Source: Rhizaria sp. SCN 62-66 (Eukaryota). Taken from it: 64,000 nucleotides of DNA. This document shows, in pieces, positions 25,925-36,924 of the stretch. The DNA lies in the NCBI GenBank assembly GCA_001724265.1, contig MEDY01000013.1, positions 62,001 to 126,000 of the forward strand, written 5' to 3'. Under the pieces are notes generated by a model. It was not told the origin of the DNA, did no database searches, and saw only the letters and a program-made list of their open reading frames with translations. Positions within the stretch are counted from its first letter, which is position 1. Every line of letters begins with the position of its first letter. Both the position numbers and the translations under genes were made by a program.

Positions 25925-28563
25925 ATGCGCATTCGCACGGCCCTCGCGTGTTTGTCGCTGCTTGTCGCAGTTGCGCACGCCGCACCTACGCTGCAGTATG
26001 ACGCCAACGTCCGCCAGGTCTCGTTCCTGCTGCCCGTGACTCCTTCCCGTGCCGTCACTTTCACGCCTGAGATGACGCTCGCCGAGGTCCAGGCCGGCCT
26101 CCGCCTGCTCGGCGCCTGCGAGTTCGTCGACGCCGCGTCGAACACGCCCTCCAAGCTCTCTGTTGCCACCGAGACTGCGACCATCTACGACGTTCTCGCC
26201 GCGCACCGCACCGAGGAGCTCTCCCTCGCTGTTCGCTGCACTGGCGCCGCTGCCGACGGCTTCCGCCGCCTCACGGGCGCCGCCGTCTCCACCACCGCGG
26301 CGGGCGCGCCCGCCGTGACGTATCCCGTCACCCGCGGCAACACTGACTGGCGCGATGCGCTGAGTAAGGAGCAGGTTGACTCTGTGCAGCCGCTGATCGC
26401 GCGTTTCTACGAGTACGTGCGCGGCGCTCTCCCCGAAGGCAGCATTCCTGCCCGTGAGTACCCGTTCGACCTGATCGACTACCTCCACAACACGCTCGAC
26501 GCGTCGTGGAACTGGCTCATCACGTTTCTCGTCTCTCACTGGGGGGACCTGCACCCTTTCAACACGTACACTGGCAAGGATGCGGACACGGGCCTGTGGG
26601 ACCTCACCACTGGCACCCAGATGACCCAGGTATGTTCCCTGCCATATTTCACGTATCAGAACAAAGATGACATATCATAAGCTTATTTTTGTATGTAACA
26701 ATTCATACTCAAATTTTACTATCTAACGCTATCAATTGTCGAACTTCCTTTATCTTATACCTTCTCTGTCATTTATGCTATTTTGCGATCCAATAACAGG
26801 AGGCCTCTGCGAACCTCGCTGCCGCTGGCGCCGAGTGCTGGCAGCGCCACTCCGCCAACGGCGCCACACCCTCCCCGCGCGCCCTCGCCCAGTGCGGTGC
26901 TCAGCTCACCGGCGTCGCCGAGTCCAACGCCGCTGTCCGCCTTGCGCTCACCGCTGACTGGGGTTCCGGCACTGATGAGGCGCAACTCGTCAGCAATATG
27001 ATGATTAATGCGACCAAGCCGCACTATACGGTGCATATCGGCGACATTTACTACGTCGGCGAGGTTAAGGAGGTCCGCAGCAACGTGCTTGGCGAGGTTC
27101 CGTCCAAGAATGTGCGCAACGGCGTGAATTTCCACGCCGGCTCCCGCGGCATGTTCGCCTTCCAGGTCCGTTAAAAACTGAAAACAACGCTTAAAAGAAC
27201 AAATCCGCTGAATCGATTCATGATATGTAACTGTTTTCATCTTTTTATCTGGTATTTTATGTCTCTAATTCACTTCAAATTATCATCAAGATCCCTCAAC
27301 TGCTCTTGATAGCTCATCGTCATTTTGCTTTCATGTCGACGTATGTTTTTTTAGGGCAACCACGAGATGTACTCGCGCGGTTTCGGCTACTACGACCACC
27401 AGCTGCCCCGCTGCGGCGTCAAGGACCCCGCCTCTGGCAAGGCCCTCGGTCAGAAGGGCAGTTACGGCTCTCTCGACACGCCGTTTTGGCGCATTATCGG
27501 TCTCGACACTGGTTACAACACGTACAACCCCAAGGGCGTCCACTCGCCGGATAACAAGCAGCCCGAGGCCGTTGTCGCTTGGCTCAAGGACATCGTCCGT
27601 CTGACTGATCCCGCCGACCGCCGTGGTATCATCATCCTCACGCACCACCAGTACCGGTCCGCGTTCGAGGCCCAGTACCTCAGCACGCCCAAGCAGCTTG
27701 CGCAGCTTCTCGGTGGTCGTACCGTCATCTGGCTCTGGGGCCACGAGCATCACCTTGCGTGGTACGATCTCGGTAACTCGGGTGGCGTTGATGTGACGTG
27801 CTATGGCCGCTGCATCGGTGTCGGCGGCTTCCCCATTGATATCGTCAAGCTTCCCAAGGACGCGCGCGCTGGTGGCATCATTGCGCAGGTACGGCATCAT
27901 ATCTAGCGCTACAACAATATGAACCAGTTGCCTTTTGAAATTGTATATGATTCATCCTAGGCTTATTTTATGCTTATCTTTCTTTGTTTAAACTTGTTGT
28001 TTTTTGTTTTCTGCTCCACGCAGGACACTCGTGAGTACGAGGTTCTTGCTGGCTCCCTTGGCACTGTGCCGATTGGCTTTAACGGCTGGAACACCATCGA
28101 GCTCGTCGGCAACAGCGCCCGCGTCGATTACTACACCCTCGCAACCAACGGCGACTACCTCAGCCGCACTAACTTTACCAAGGTCGTCACGGAGAACTTC
28201 ATTGTCAACAAGGAGGGCTCCGTCGAGCTGACTGAGTTCACCGTGCTTGACAAGGGCATCACGGTCTACGATCATGTGGAGCGCCCCCAGCAGCAGCTGC
28301 GCACTCGCATGGCCACCAAGGCCCACGGCCACACGCTGCCACAGACGCTCGCCGCGCGCACCGCCGCTGGGATTGAGACAGACGTCGGTAACGGCTTCCA
28401 GAGCGAGGACCTGCGTGCTGCTGGGGTCCAGGACGTCTTCGCAGCTGATGATTCGACGCATTCGACGAAGAAGATGAAGACGCAGCAGGATGTGATTGAC
28501 AAGGCGTACGCCGAGTACAAGCGTCTCCACCCGGAGTATGTTGAGCCTCAACTCCCCATCTAA
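25925..28563 (+). CDS. Secreted calcineurin-like metallophosphoesterase; exons 25925-26629, 26800-27165, 27355-27888, 28024-28563
   Basis: Signal peptide MRIRTALACLSLLVAVAHA. The spliced product has all five metal-binding motifs: ALTADWGSG, HIGDIYYVG, FQ|GNHEMY, ILTHHQY and WLWGHEH. Three phase-0 GT-AG introns. Exon 2 is not shown in the correct frame in the ORF track. Stop TAA. Confidence 0.88.
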
Positions 28564-30898
28564 GGACCTCGTGGTCTCAGTCCCCGCCGAGCTGAATTGC
28601 GTTTCAACTCGGTACATGTATCTAAATATCCCGAGCGACCTCCACTTGCACTTAAACACGTACTGTACATAATCACGTGTAAGTGTACGCCGCGCGCGTT
28701 TATGGTACTTTGCTGTCAAGCTATTGCTAGCTACTCACCGGTAAGCCTTAAACTCTTCAAGTTTAGAGTGTGCAGTACAATATGCGTGTTGCTGTGCTTT
28801 GCGTCTCCTTTCATGTTTCTATTCTGTTCCGCCCCTTCCACCCTGTTTGTTCAATCATTTCCTCTTTCTTTATTATCATTTGACCACAAGAGTCTCTCCA
28901 TGTTCCAACGACGCGTCTATGTCCACAATCGCCCCCATCATCGTAATTCAGCAATAATAGTCGTAGTCACGATTAGTACGCCCGCTATGCAACAGCTGTC
29001 GATTCAATTACCATATTATGATAAACTTGTCGTCCCCGGCCTCATTGCACTTAAAAAACAACTAGCCAACTGTGGCATCGCTGCTATGCACAATTCCAAT
29101 ACACTTTTACTTTTCGACACATCCTTCTCCCAAACACTCCACTCGATTACATTCGAAGACTCGTCTGTCCGCGCCCGTGTCTTAAACGACATTCACCACG
29201 AGAGCATCTCCTCGCACATCTGTGGCTATGCAGTTCCGAGGCTAAACGACGATTATTGGTTTATCATGAATAAAACAGTGATCAAGTGTATTATTACTTG
29301 TTAGATATCGCATACATATGTATGTTATAGTCGTGGTAATAACTATTGGTTTAAGTTTTCTTCGTTTGTGGTTGCTCTTAGCGTGATGGGATGTTGCTGC
29401 TTCTGATCTCCTGTTGCGTTTCATGACATGCAACGCAAATAAAACAGAAGTGAGCCAGCAGTTAAAGGGGAACGACAAGGAAAACATGAGCGACATTTGA
29501 TTGCAGTGCGGCTGCAACACACAAAATAACACAACGCCAAAAACCCTATCAGTGCCTGGAACGTGGGTTTGCGCTGATTGGATGTTGGACTCGTAGAATC
29601 ACGTGTAGGACGTGTCGTTTCACTGCGAATAAAGGGCCAAGTGTCGGTCGTGCTTCGGACGTATGTGTCAAGACTAGAATCAGTTCGTTCGTTGTGGGGA
29701 AGTGTGGCTAGACACAGTTTAAACGTGTTGATGTGATTGCCAGAATCTTAAAAATAACATACAGAAGCACGGTGACTATTCGGCATATAAACAAAAACTA
29801 AACAAAACGGGACAGATAAGAAAGGCTTGCAGAATAACCGATAAACAAAAATGGCACGATGTGTAAACCTTGCTAACACTGATTTACGTAAGCGAGCCGG
29901 CGACAAGCGGGCGCAGCCAAAACGTTCGCAATGTTGACTAAGACATCATGATGAGTGTTATGTACCATGTACAAACTGCTGCGCAGTAGAGCTGCCAGTG
30001 TGCCAATAAGGCCAAATAGCTGACATAAGGTTCCGTGTACGCGTTATGTTGTAAAGTTTTGTCGTTATGCGTGAAACGAAGAAAACAAATGAAGGTGATC
30101 TTGTTGGCGTGGGGTAGGATGCAAGAACTTATAGCGTGTTGTTACAAAGGAAATAAATGAACTCTACGCGGCGCGTCTCCAAACGCAAGAGACACAGTCA
30201 GTGTGCATTTGCAACTGGGTGATACCGTGTAAAAGCAATGCCGACAAAGTTGGTAGGCGGTCAGGATAAAAAAAGATATGGCGGCCAAAAAGTGTCGCCA
30301 CAGACTGTCAAAACAAACTAAAAAAAATATACATGTACTCGGGGAAAACGTATAAAAAACAAAGCGATTGAGGAAGGGAGAGGGATGCCATTGGAAGTCG
30401 GAGGCTGAGATGATGTCACTTGTTTTAACGAGACCGAACATAGAAGAACGTAATCTAAGGTGCGCGAACAAACAAACGAAAACAAAAACAAACAAGAACA
30501 AAAAACAACAACATGCACTGGGGTTGCAATTTCCACACCAGGAGCACATAAACTACGCAAAATACAGAGCACAACAAACTGCTAGGACTGTGCACGGGGA
30601 GCATAAACTGAGAATACGAACTAATGTTACGAAAATAGACTGAGTGGAGGTGTCTGCGAAAAGAGACAGCGTCTCCACGAGCCACGCAGTTCAGAGATAA
30701 AAGCACAGAAATAAACACAATTTAAAAAAATGGAGCTAGAATAATGACTTGCTGTACAAAAGAAGAAAATGGACATAGAATATGTAAAACGAGAATCGAG
30801 AGGATCGAATTAATACGGGGGAGCCTAACGTAGAGCGAGCATGTGTTCACGAGCACAAACAAGTTTTACAACAGACTTGTCACGTCAGCTTCGTTGGT

Positions 30899-33800
30899 TT
30901 AGTCGGCGAGATCAGAGTGGTTAAGACTGAGCTCGGCGTTATTGTTACTACTGGGCATGATCTGAATCTGCAGCGGCAACGGTAACGGCAACGGCAATGG
31001 CATAATCTCCGGCGATAAAAGCTCCGGTTGCGTCAACACGCTACCGCCGTTAAGGCCGTGTCCATGCACTTGACTGTGCACTTGACCGTGACCGTGACCG
31101 TGACCGTGGCCGTGACCGGGATGGTGAACGGGAACAAGAACGAGTCCATGCGCAAGCGGCGTCCGGGAACGCCCGTGTGTGCGCGTGTGACCGTGCGCAG
31201 CAGCGGCGGCGTCATCGCTAAACAACAGTGCACCCGTATTGGCGCGTGTGGCCGTGTACAGCGACGGATATTGACTGTGAACGTGGCCGTGACCGTGGGC
31301 AGCCGAGTGACCGTGCGCAGCCGAGTGACCGTGAGCAGCCGAGTGACCGTGAGCAGCCGAGTGACCGTGAGCAGCCGAGTGACCGTGAGCAGCTGCCTGG
31401 AGACCGTGGGCTGCCGCAGGTGCAGAGAACATATACCCCATGCCCGGGCTCACAGTCGTGGCCACAGTGGCCGCCGCAAGCACATCCGCGGCCGCCAGAG
31501 CGCCGGCCGAAGCGGGGGCGTCTGAGGACGCGACGACGAACGAACTCGTTGACACAGCAGAACGGCTATCGGCAACGGGTGAGACAATCGTCGCCGCCGT
31601 GGGGGCATTGTTCAGACTGTACGCGACGACGGCCGCACCGTTGCTGGCCGCGATATCTGCGGTAGCTACATTCGCAGTCGCGGGAGCGATTACCGCGTGA
31701 GCATGGGAGGTCGCATCGACGCTACAGCCAGCGTGGCCAGACATCGCCGACATTGGCTGCTGCGACTGTGGCGACGCCTGTCTAGTGACAAGACCACTCG
31801 ACGTTGCGCTCATCACTTGGTGCACTACGCGGCCCATCGCCATGCCCCCGGGACTCAGCACTGCGGCGCGGTGGCCGTGCGCAGAGTGACCGTGAACAGT
31901 GACGGAGTGTCCGAACTTGTTCAAACCGAGACCTGACCCGCCAGCGGGGTTCAACGTAGTGGCTTCAGTGTAATGCGCCTGCGCTGACGTCGCCGTAACG
32001 CTCGAAGTTGACTTGGCGCTTGACCGGGAGACTGAGCTCGAGCTCGCCACAAACAGTGAGTCTGAGATATGCCCAGGCCCCACAGTCTCGGCCGCGGAGA
32101 GCAAGGGCTCGTCGGTGGCCGGCGCATTCGCAGCCAACATCTTACTGCTGACGACAACAGCAGCGGAGCCACCGCTGCTGCCGCTAAAGCTACTCCGGCC
32201 ACTACTGCTGCTACTACCGCTATTGTTACTGCTGCTGTTGCTGCTACTGCTGCTCCGACTGTGATCGTTGATACTCGCGGTGCTTGCCGTGAGCGCTGCA
32301 GAGCCCAGCGTGCGCTTGCAGGGTGCGAATGTCTTATAATACCCCACGACTGTCACGGCGACAGCGACGGCAAAGACGCAGACAGCGGCGAGAACGTAAT
32401 GCGAAAACATCCACGGCAGCCCGCCGCCGCCGCCGCCGCCGTCGCCGCCGCCACTGCAGGTGCGCGCGTACACACCGGACGCGCACCGCTGGAACACCAC
32501 GGGTGGGATCTCGATCGGGTTGATCGTGGGGAAGCGGCGTCGAAGCACCGACGACGGGTCCTTGACGTGGTCCGCGAGGAGCTTTGACAGAACCATGGGT
32601 GTGGGACGCGCGTTGTGGTGCAGCGGCCGAACGACAAGCGTGACGATAAACGCGTCTGGTGCGATCGCGATCGAGTCGAAGCGTGACAGAGCAATCCCCG
32701 TGCTTGCGACGACCGCGGTGACGAACGACGTGGCAAACGCGCGGAGAGCGGGCTCCCCGACAGGCCGGTTGCCGGTCATGGCGACGCTGAGCATCAGACC
32801 CGCGGCGGGATTCATCTGCAGCACGACATGCAGACCGTAGCCAACCGCCACAGAGACGTTACTACCGTCCGCGTTCGCCGCACCCGTCAGCTCAATCGCA
32901 CTACCGCCACCACAGTTCGCGGAGCGTGTCCCGTCGCCGGTGCGGTAACCGCTGATGTTGTTGCTGCTGTCATACACAATGGCCCCGTGGACGTCCTTAA
33001 GCCGCACTGGGTACTTCCCCGGCGCGCAAGTAGGCACACGCCGCGGTGTGATGCCCATTCCCACGTCGTACAGCGAGTCCGGCGTCACGAGTTCTTCGCT
33101 GGCGGCGTCAGTTTCACGGCACGCGCGCAGACGCACGCGAATCATGCTGCTTTCGGGGGCGCCGACGAGCTCTAAAGGGGCATCAAACGCAGTCGCGTTG
33201 CCGCTGTCCTGGCTGTGGTGGAGAGAAGCAGTCGAGGAAGCGTCGGTAGTCTCGCTGTAGTTCATTCCCGCCCCAAGAAGTTCCGCGGAAGCGACGACGG
33301 AGAGGTTGCCAGTGGCCCAGAGCGTATATACATCGCTGCTGCCAATCTCGACGACGTCGGGTGTAATGGTAGAGACGAAAATGGACGCCGGCGTGAGCGG
33401 AGTCGGTGTGATGTACCGTGTAATGGCGTCAAAACGTGCGAAACTGAGCGGGGCTTTGGCGTGCCCGAGGATCTGCACCCGTCCTGAGATGGCGCTACAC
33501 AGTGGCACACTTTCGTCAACCTCGAGACACACGCTGCCGCTGTCGATATTCGAGGGAGTGGGCGGGAAACGGCACCGGGGAAGGTCAAACTCGACACCCA
33601 TGCCGGTGCGGCGCGCTTCAGGCGCCATCCACGTGCCGACCTGGACTGCAACGGGCAGTGTAATGGGGAGATCGATGCCGAGCGTGACTGTGAAGTCTTT
33701 TTCGCACGGCAATAAGGGCGCGGGGTACAGCCTTCCGGGGGTGATAGGCTCGACGACCTCGATCTCACCGACAGCGACAATACCACCGTTGTTGTCGTTG

Positions 33801-35356
33801 CTGCTGCAATCGCCACTAAAGTCGTCATTCTCGCATGCAAGTGTGCGGTCGTTGCGGACGATGACTTCTTTGAATCCGGTGCACGATGAGCCCGCAGTGA
33901 GGCACGGCGGTAGACGACAAGTGATCGCAGAGCCATACATTGAGATAATGTGACACGTGCGGCCACCGATGAGCACGCGTACTCCGGCGACTGCAAGATT
34001 TTCACCGCGAATGGTGATGGTCATGTCGGTGTCATCGCCACCGGTCGAGTTTATGATGGAAATATGGTTTGTGCCGTTGCTGTTGCTGATGTCAAGCTCA
34101 GAGCTGTCATCGTCGCTGTTGGTGTGATTGCTGTCGGAGTTCTTTCTGTTATCGGGCGTATAGTGGAACTTGCGCGGGATCCAATTGGGCACAACCTCAC
34201 GCACAAACGCGCCCAGTGCCGCGTCAACAGGCTTCGTGTAGTTGAACACGAACAGACGCTGGTCTAAAAACACAACCAGCTCTTCGTCATCGTCATCGTC
34301 AGTGACATCACTATTGCCATGGCTGTTGCGCTGACTGCGGCGCGGAATGAGTTGGAGACCGCGCCGCTCGGACACGCGCGCGCGCCGCACGATATCACCA
34401 GGCCGCAGCGCGGAGACACCGTGCGCTGCGTACCGCGCCGCTGTGTCATCCGCGCGGTCGTTCAGACGGCGGATCTGGTGTTGTTCTTCCTTCGGTTTAA
34501 CAGTGATGATCAGGAACACTGCGATGTGGCAGACAGCGGCGTTTTCCACTTGCCCGGCATCGAACACTAAGTAGCCCGAGCTAGTGGAAACGACAGTGGG
34601 ATCCATCGGCAAGTCATCGTCGTCCGCGCCGACAAACGCGTTGTAGTGGCTGGTGTCGTTGGAGGACGAAAAAGTGGGGGCAGGTCCGTCAAAGAGGCAG
34701 GTAAAGACGCGGAACCGTTCGCGGATCTTGAGCCGCGTCATTGTGACGTGAACCACAGCGTTTGCATTCTGGACGACCACTAAAGGCGAAATGGTCATGA
34801 TACGTGGGGAGAAAAACGACACCATACGCGGGAGATCGGTAGTAAAAGGGGTCGCCTCGGATTCGGAGTTGAGAATGCCTCTAAGGATCAGGTCACCGTC
34901 TGCGAAATGGGCGTGGTTCCCAGTCACGGTGCAGATAAGCTGATTCGGCGTGATCGCGTCAAGCACAGGACACGCCATCACGCCCACGCTGGCGGAGACA
35001 ACCAGTGCGTCGACGAGCGAGTAGAGATCAAACCCGCAGCCAGTGATGGTGAGAGCGACATCTCCGTGCGACCACGACTCGCGCGGATAGACAGAGTGCA
35101 AGATAGGCTTTGTCACCACATCGGGACACACGGGGGTCGTGAAGTTGCGCAGGGGCTCCTGCGCGGGCGGCAAGGAGGTGTCGCGCGCGGCGAGGGCGGA
35201 CTGGTGGAGCGCGGGGAGCGCGGTGATGAGAGGAGGTTTGTTGAGAGCGGGGATAGGGGCGGCGGAGGCAGTGCAGATGGCGAGCAATAGTAACGCTATC
35301 ACAGCGCAGCTGCACCACCTCATGAGACGAAAGCGAACGCTTTGCGTCGACCGCAT
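30899..35356 (-). CDS. Type I membrane protein with IPT/TIG-like extracellular domains and a Ser/Ala/His-rich cytoplasmic tail
   Basis: Signal-like AVIALLLLAICTASA after ATG 35356 (ORF open to ATG 35557). IPT-like segments LHSVYP...LTITGCGF...LICTV and ITIRGENL...VLIGGRTC...ITCRLP. TM helix YVLAAVCVFAVAVAVTVVGYY. Intronless, stop TAA. Confidence 0.72.
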   Translation of the reverse strand: MRSTQSVRFRLMRWCSCAVIALLLLAICTASAAPIPALNKPPLITALPALHQSALAARDTSLPPAQEPLRNFTTPVCPDVVTKPILHSVYPRESWSHGDVALTITGCGFDLYSLVDALVVSASVGVMACPVLDAITPNQLICTVTGNHAHFADGDLILRGILNSESEATPFTTDLPRMVSFFSPRIMTISPLVVVQNANAVVHVTMTRLKIRERFRVFTCLFDGPAPTFSSSNDTSHYNAFVGADDDDLPMDPTVVSTSSGYLVFDAGQVENAAVCHIAVFLIITVKPKEEQHQIRRLNDRADDTAARYAAHGVSALRPGDIVRRARVSERRGLQLIPRRSQRNSHGNSDVTDDDDDEELVVFLDQRLFVFNYTKPVDAALGAFVREVVPNWIPRKFHYTPDNRKNSDSNHTNSDDDSSELDISNSNGTNHISIINSTGGDDTDMTITIRGENLAVAGVRVLIGGRTCHIISMYGSAITCRLPPCLTAGSSCTGFKEVIVRNDRTLACENDDFSGDCSSNDNNGGIVAVGEIEVVEPITPGRLYPAPLLPCEKDFTVTLGIDLPITLPVAVQVGTWMAPEARRTGMGVEFDLPRCRFPPTPSNIDSGSVCLEVDESVPLCSAISGRVQILGHAKAPLSFARFDAITRYITPTPLTPASIFVSTITPDVVEIGSSDVYTLWATGNLSVVASAELLGAGMNYSETTDASSTASLHHSQDSGNATAFDAPLELVGAPESSMIRVRLRACRETDAASEELVTPDSLYDVGMGITPRRVPTCAPGKYPVRLKDVHGAIVYDSSNNISGYRTGDGTRSANCGGGSAIELTGAANADGSNVSVAVGYGLHVVLQMNPAAGLMLSVAMTGNRPVGEPALRAFATSFVTAVVASTGIALSRFDSIAIAPDAFIVTLVVRPLHHNARPTPMVLSKLLADHVKDPSSVLRRRFPTINPIEIPPVVFQRCASGVYARTCSGGGDGGGGGGGLPWMFSHYVLAAVCVFAVAVAVTVVGYYKTFAPCKRTLGSAALTASTASINDHSRSSSSSNSSSNNSGSSSSSGRSSFSGSSGGSAAVVVSSKMLAANAPATDEPLLSAAETVGPGHISDSLFVASSSSVSRSSAKSTSSVTATSAQAHYTEATTLNPAGGSGLGLNKFGHSVTVHGHSAHGHRAAVLSPGGMAMGRVVHQVMSATSSGLVTRQASPQSQQPMSAMSGHAGCSVDATSHAHAVIAPATANVATADIAASNGAAVVAYSLNNAPTAATIVSPVADSRSAVSTSSFVVASSDAPASAGALAAADVLAAATVATTVSPGMGYMFSAPAAAHGLQAAAHGHSAAHGHSAAHGHSAAHGHSAAHGHSAAHGHGHVHSQYPSLYTATRANTGALLFSDDAAAAAHGHTRTHGRSRTPLAHGLVLVPVHHPGHGHGHGHGHGQVHSQVHGHGLNGGSVLTQPELLSPEIMPLPLPLPLPLQIQIMPSSNNNAELSLNHSDLAD
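31299..31388. repeat. 18-bp coding minisatellite x5 (GCAGCCGAGTGACCGTG[A/C]) encoding HGHSAA on the minus strand
   Basis: Five near-identical tandem units read directly from the sequence. Confidence 0.92.
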
Positions 35357-36432
35357 AACCGGGGGATGCCGAAAACTACAAACGCTGCTCGCGCCAGCGA
35401 GACTGCACGGGAGAAATGGGGAAGCAAGGACACAGAAAGGAATCATAAAAAGAGGTTCTGCGACGCACTCAAAGGGGATATACATGCTTCCTGCAATCGG
35501 CACCATAAAAAAATATGAAACAAAACCCACTCTTACACCACTTAAAGAAGATAACATTCAATCATATCGACGGAAAGACCACCAAATATTGACGTTTAGT
35601 TGGCTGACATTCCCCTTCAGGGCTGCAATGACAATTTAGAGTTGCTGTCAGGCGCAGATTGACCGATGCCAGTGATGCTCCCGCATCACAGCTACATCCC
35701 CGAAAGTGTCGCTCAACTGAGCATAATTTAATGATGTTGTGAATCTTAGCCTAGAGTTCGTAGTTTAAAATGGGACACTTTTGGAAATTTTGCGGAGAGG
35801 TATTTGAACTCAATTATGTTGATCTTATTTTATAAACCTTGAATTTAGACAATGTTTATTTGCATTTAAGTTTTCGTCTCTGTCAATAGCCATGCTATGT
35901 AAACCGAGTCGATCTCGAAGATAAAGTCGCAGGTTCATTCATAGAATAGAACAGTAACACCGCGCATCCCTGTCATCTAACAGAAAACGAAGTTTTAACA
36001 AGGATAGCGCCACATATCAATGTAGGCGACCGTGAGGAAAACAACGTTGATATACTCATGTATCCCGCATGTCATCAGGGATATCACACAGTATAAACCC
36101 ATCTTGCGAGCTCAATGCGTATTCAACCAAACCAATTGGTGATTTCGAGCAATTGAACCTTCTGTAATAAATTACGCTAGCCATATATACGAAGTAAACA
36201 CAGTTTGAGAATCGCGGCAGACTGTTCAAACCAACATTCGGGACCATTCCTGAGCGCTCCGCGGATTTTCCGCCGACACAAAAGCGAATATTAAAACAAT
36301 TACATGAAATGGTATATCTGACCATCTGATTCGATAATCCGAAGGCGAAAACAAAGCGATATCATGTGAAAAACGCACTTTGTTCACAGCTAGCAGACGT
36401 GGACACGCACGCGCTGAATCATTGCGTTCAGC

Positions 36433-36708
36433 TCATGCGTCATCGTCATTACCGCCGGCAAGAGAAGCCAGGTACGCCTCGCGCCTAGCACGCCACCGCT
36501 CCAGGTTCTAATCGTAGACATCGAGCACGCAGCGCGCGCATCCCTCACCGCAGCAATCGCCGTCTTCTGGAGCTGAGGGGCGGCTGCCAACGGCTGAGCG
36601 CAGGGCGACGGGGTCGACGCCCAGAGAAGCCAGACGCGTACGGTCGGCGGACTCGTTAGCAGGGTCAAGTAGAGATGATGCATATATATCTTCGTCGATG
36701 ATAGACAT
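36433..36708 (-). CDS. Small Oxidoreductase-like N-terminal domain (OXLD1-type, CCxxGCxxC) protein, 91 aa with one in-frame TAG at 36508-36510
   Basis: PSAPEDGDCCGEGCARCVLDVYD-[TAG]-NLERWRARREAY matches the family pattern PxxP...CCxxGCxxCVxDxYxxxLxxW. The next stop is TGA at 36433-36435. Confidence 0.78.
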
Positions 36709-36924
36709 CTGATGTAGTAATATTTGTCGCGAGTGAGGCTCGTTAGTAAGAGACGGGTTAATGAGACGAAACAGCTGCAGGATTGTGGAGTTTCAGGACA
36801 ATACATAGTAGCTCAACGAGTACTTCAGACTGTATAAATAGGAAATAGTCTATATATTAAGCTTAAATATCACATGCCAAATTTTCACGCAATTTGACGA
36901 TCAATTCACCGAGATAACCAACAT

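Noticed and set aside
28597-29532. 235-aa plus-strand ORF and 96-aa minus-strand ORF, both ending in TAG
   Set aside because: AT-rich, unlike the codon style of real genes, with no recognisable domain. Reading through the TAGs gives only short extensions. Treated as intergenic, so not counted for or against the code hypothesis.
30142-30718. Hydrophobic Phe/Cys-rich minus-strand ORFs
   Set aside because: They arise from T-rich 3' UTR-like sequence downstream of the IPT/TIG gene.
31299-31388. CRISPR-like array
   Set aside because: Head-to-tail repeats without spacers, inside a eukaryotic CDS.
36508-36510. Pyrrolysine or selenocysteine recoding
   Set aside because: Pyrrolysine is not known in eukaryotes and no pyl genes are present. 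Sec uses UGA. Most of the TAGs lie in low-complexity, non-catalytic positions.
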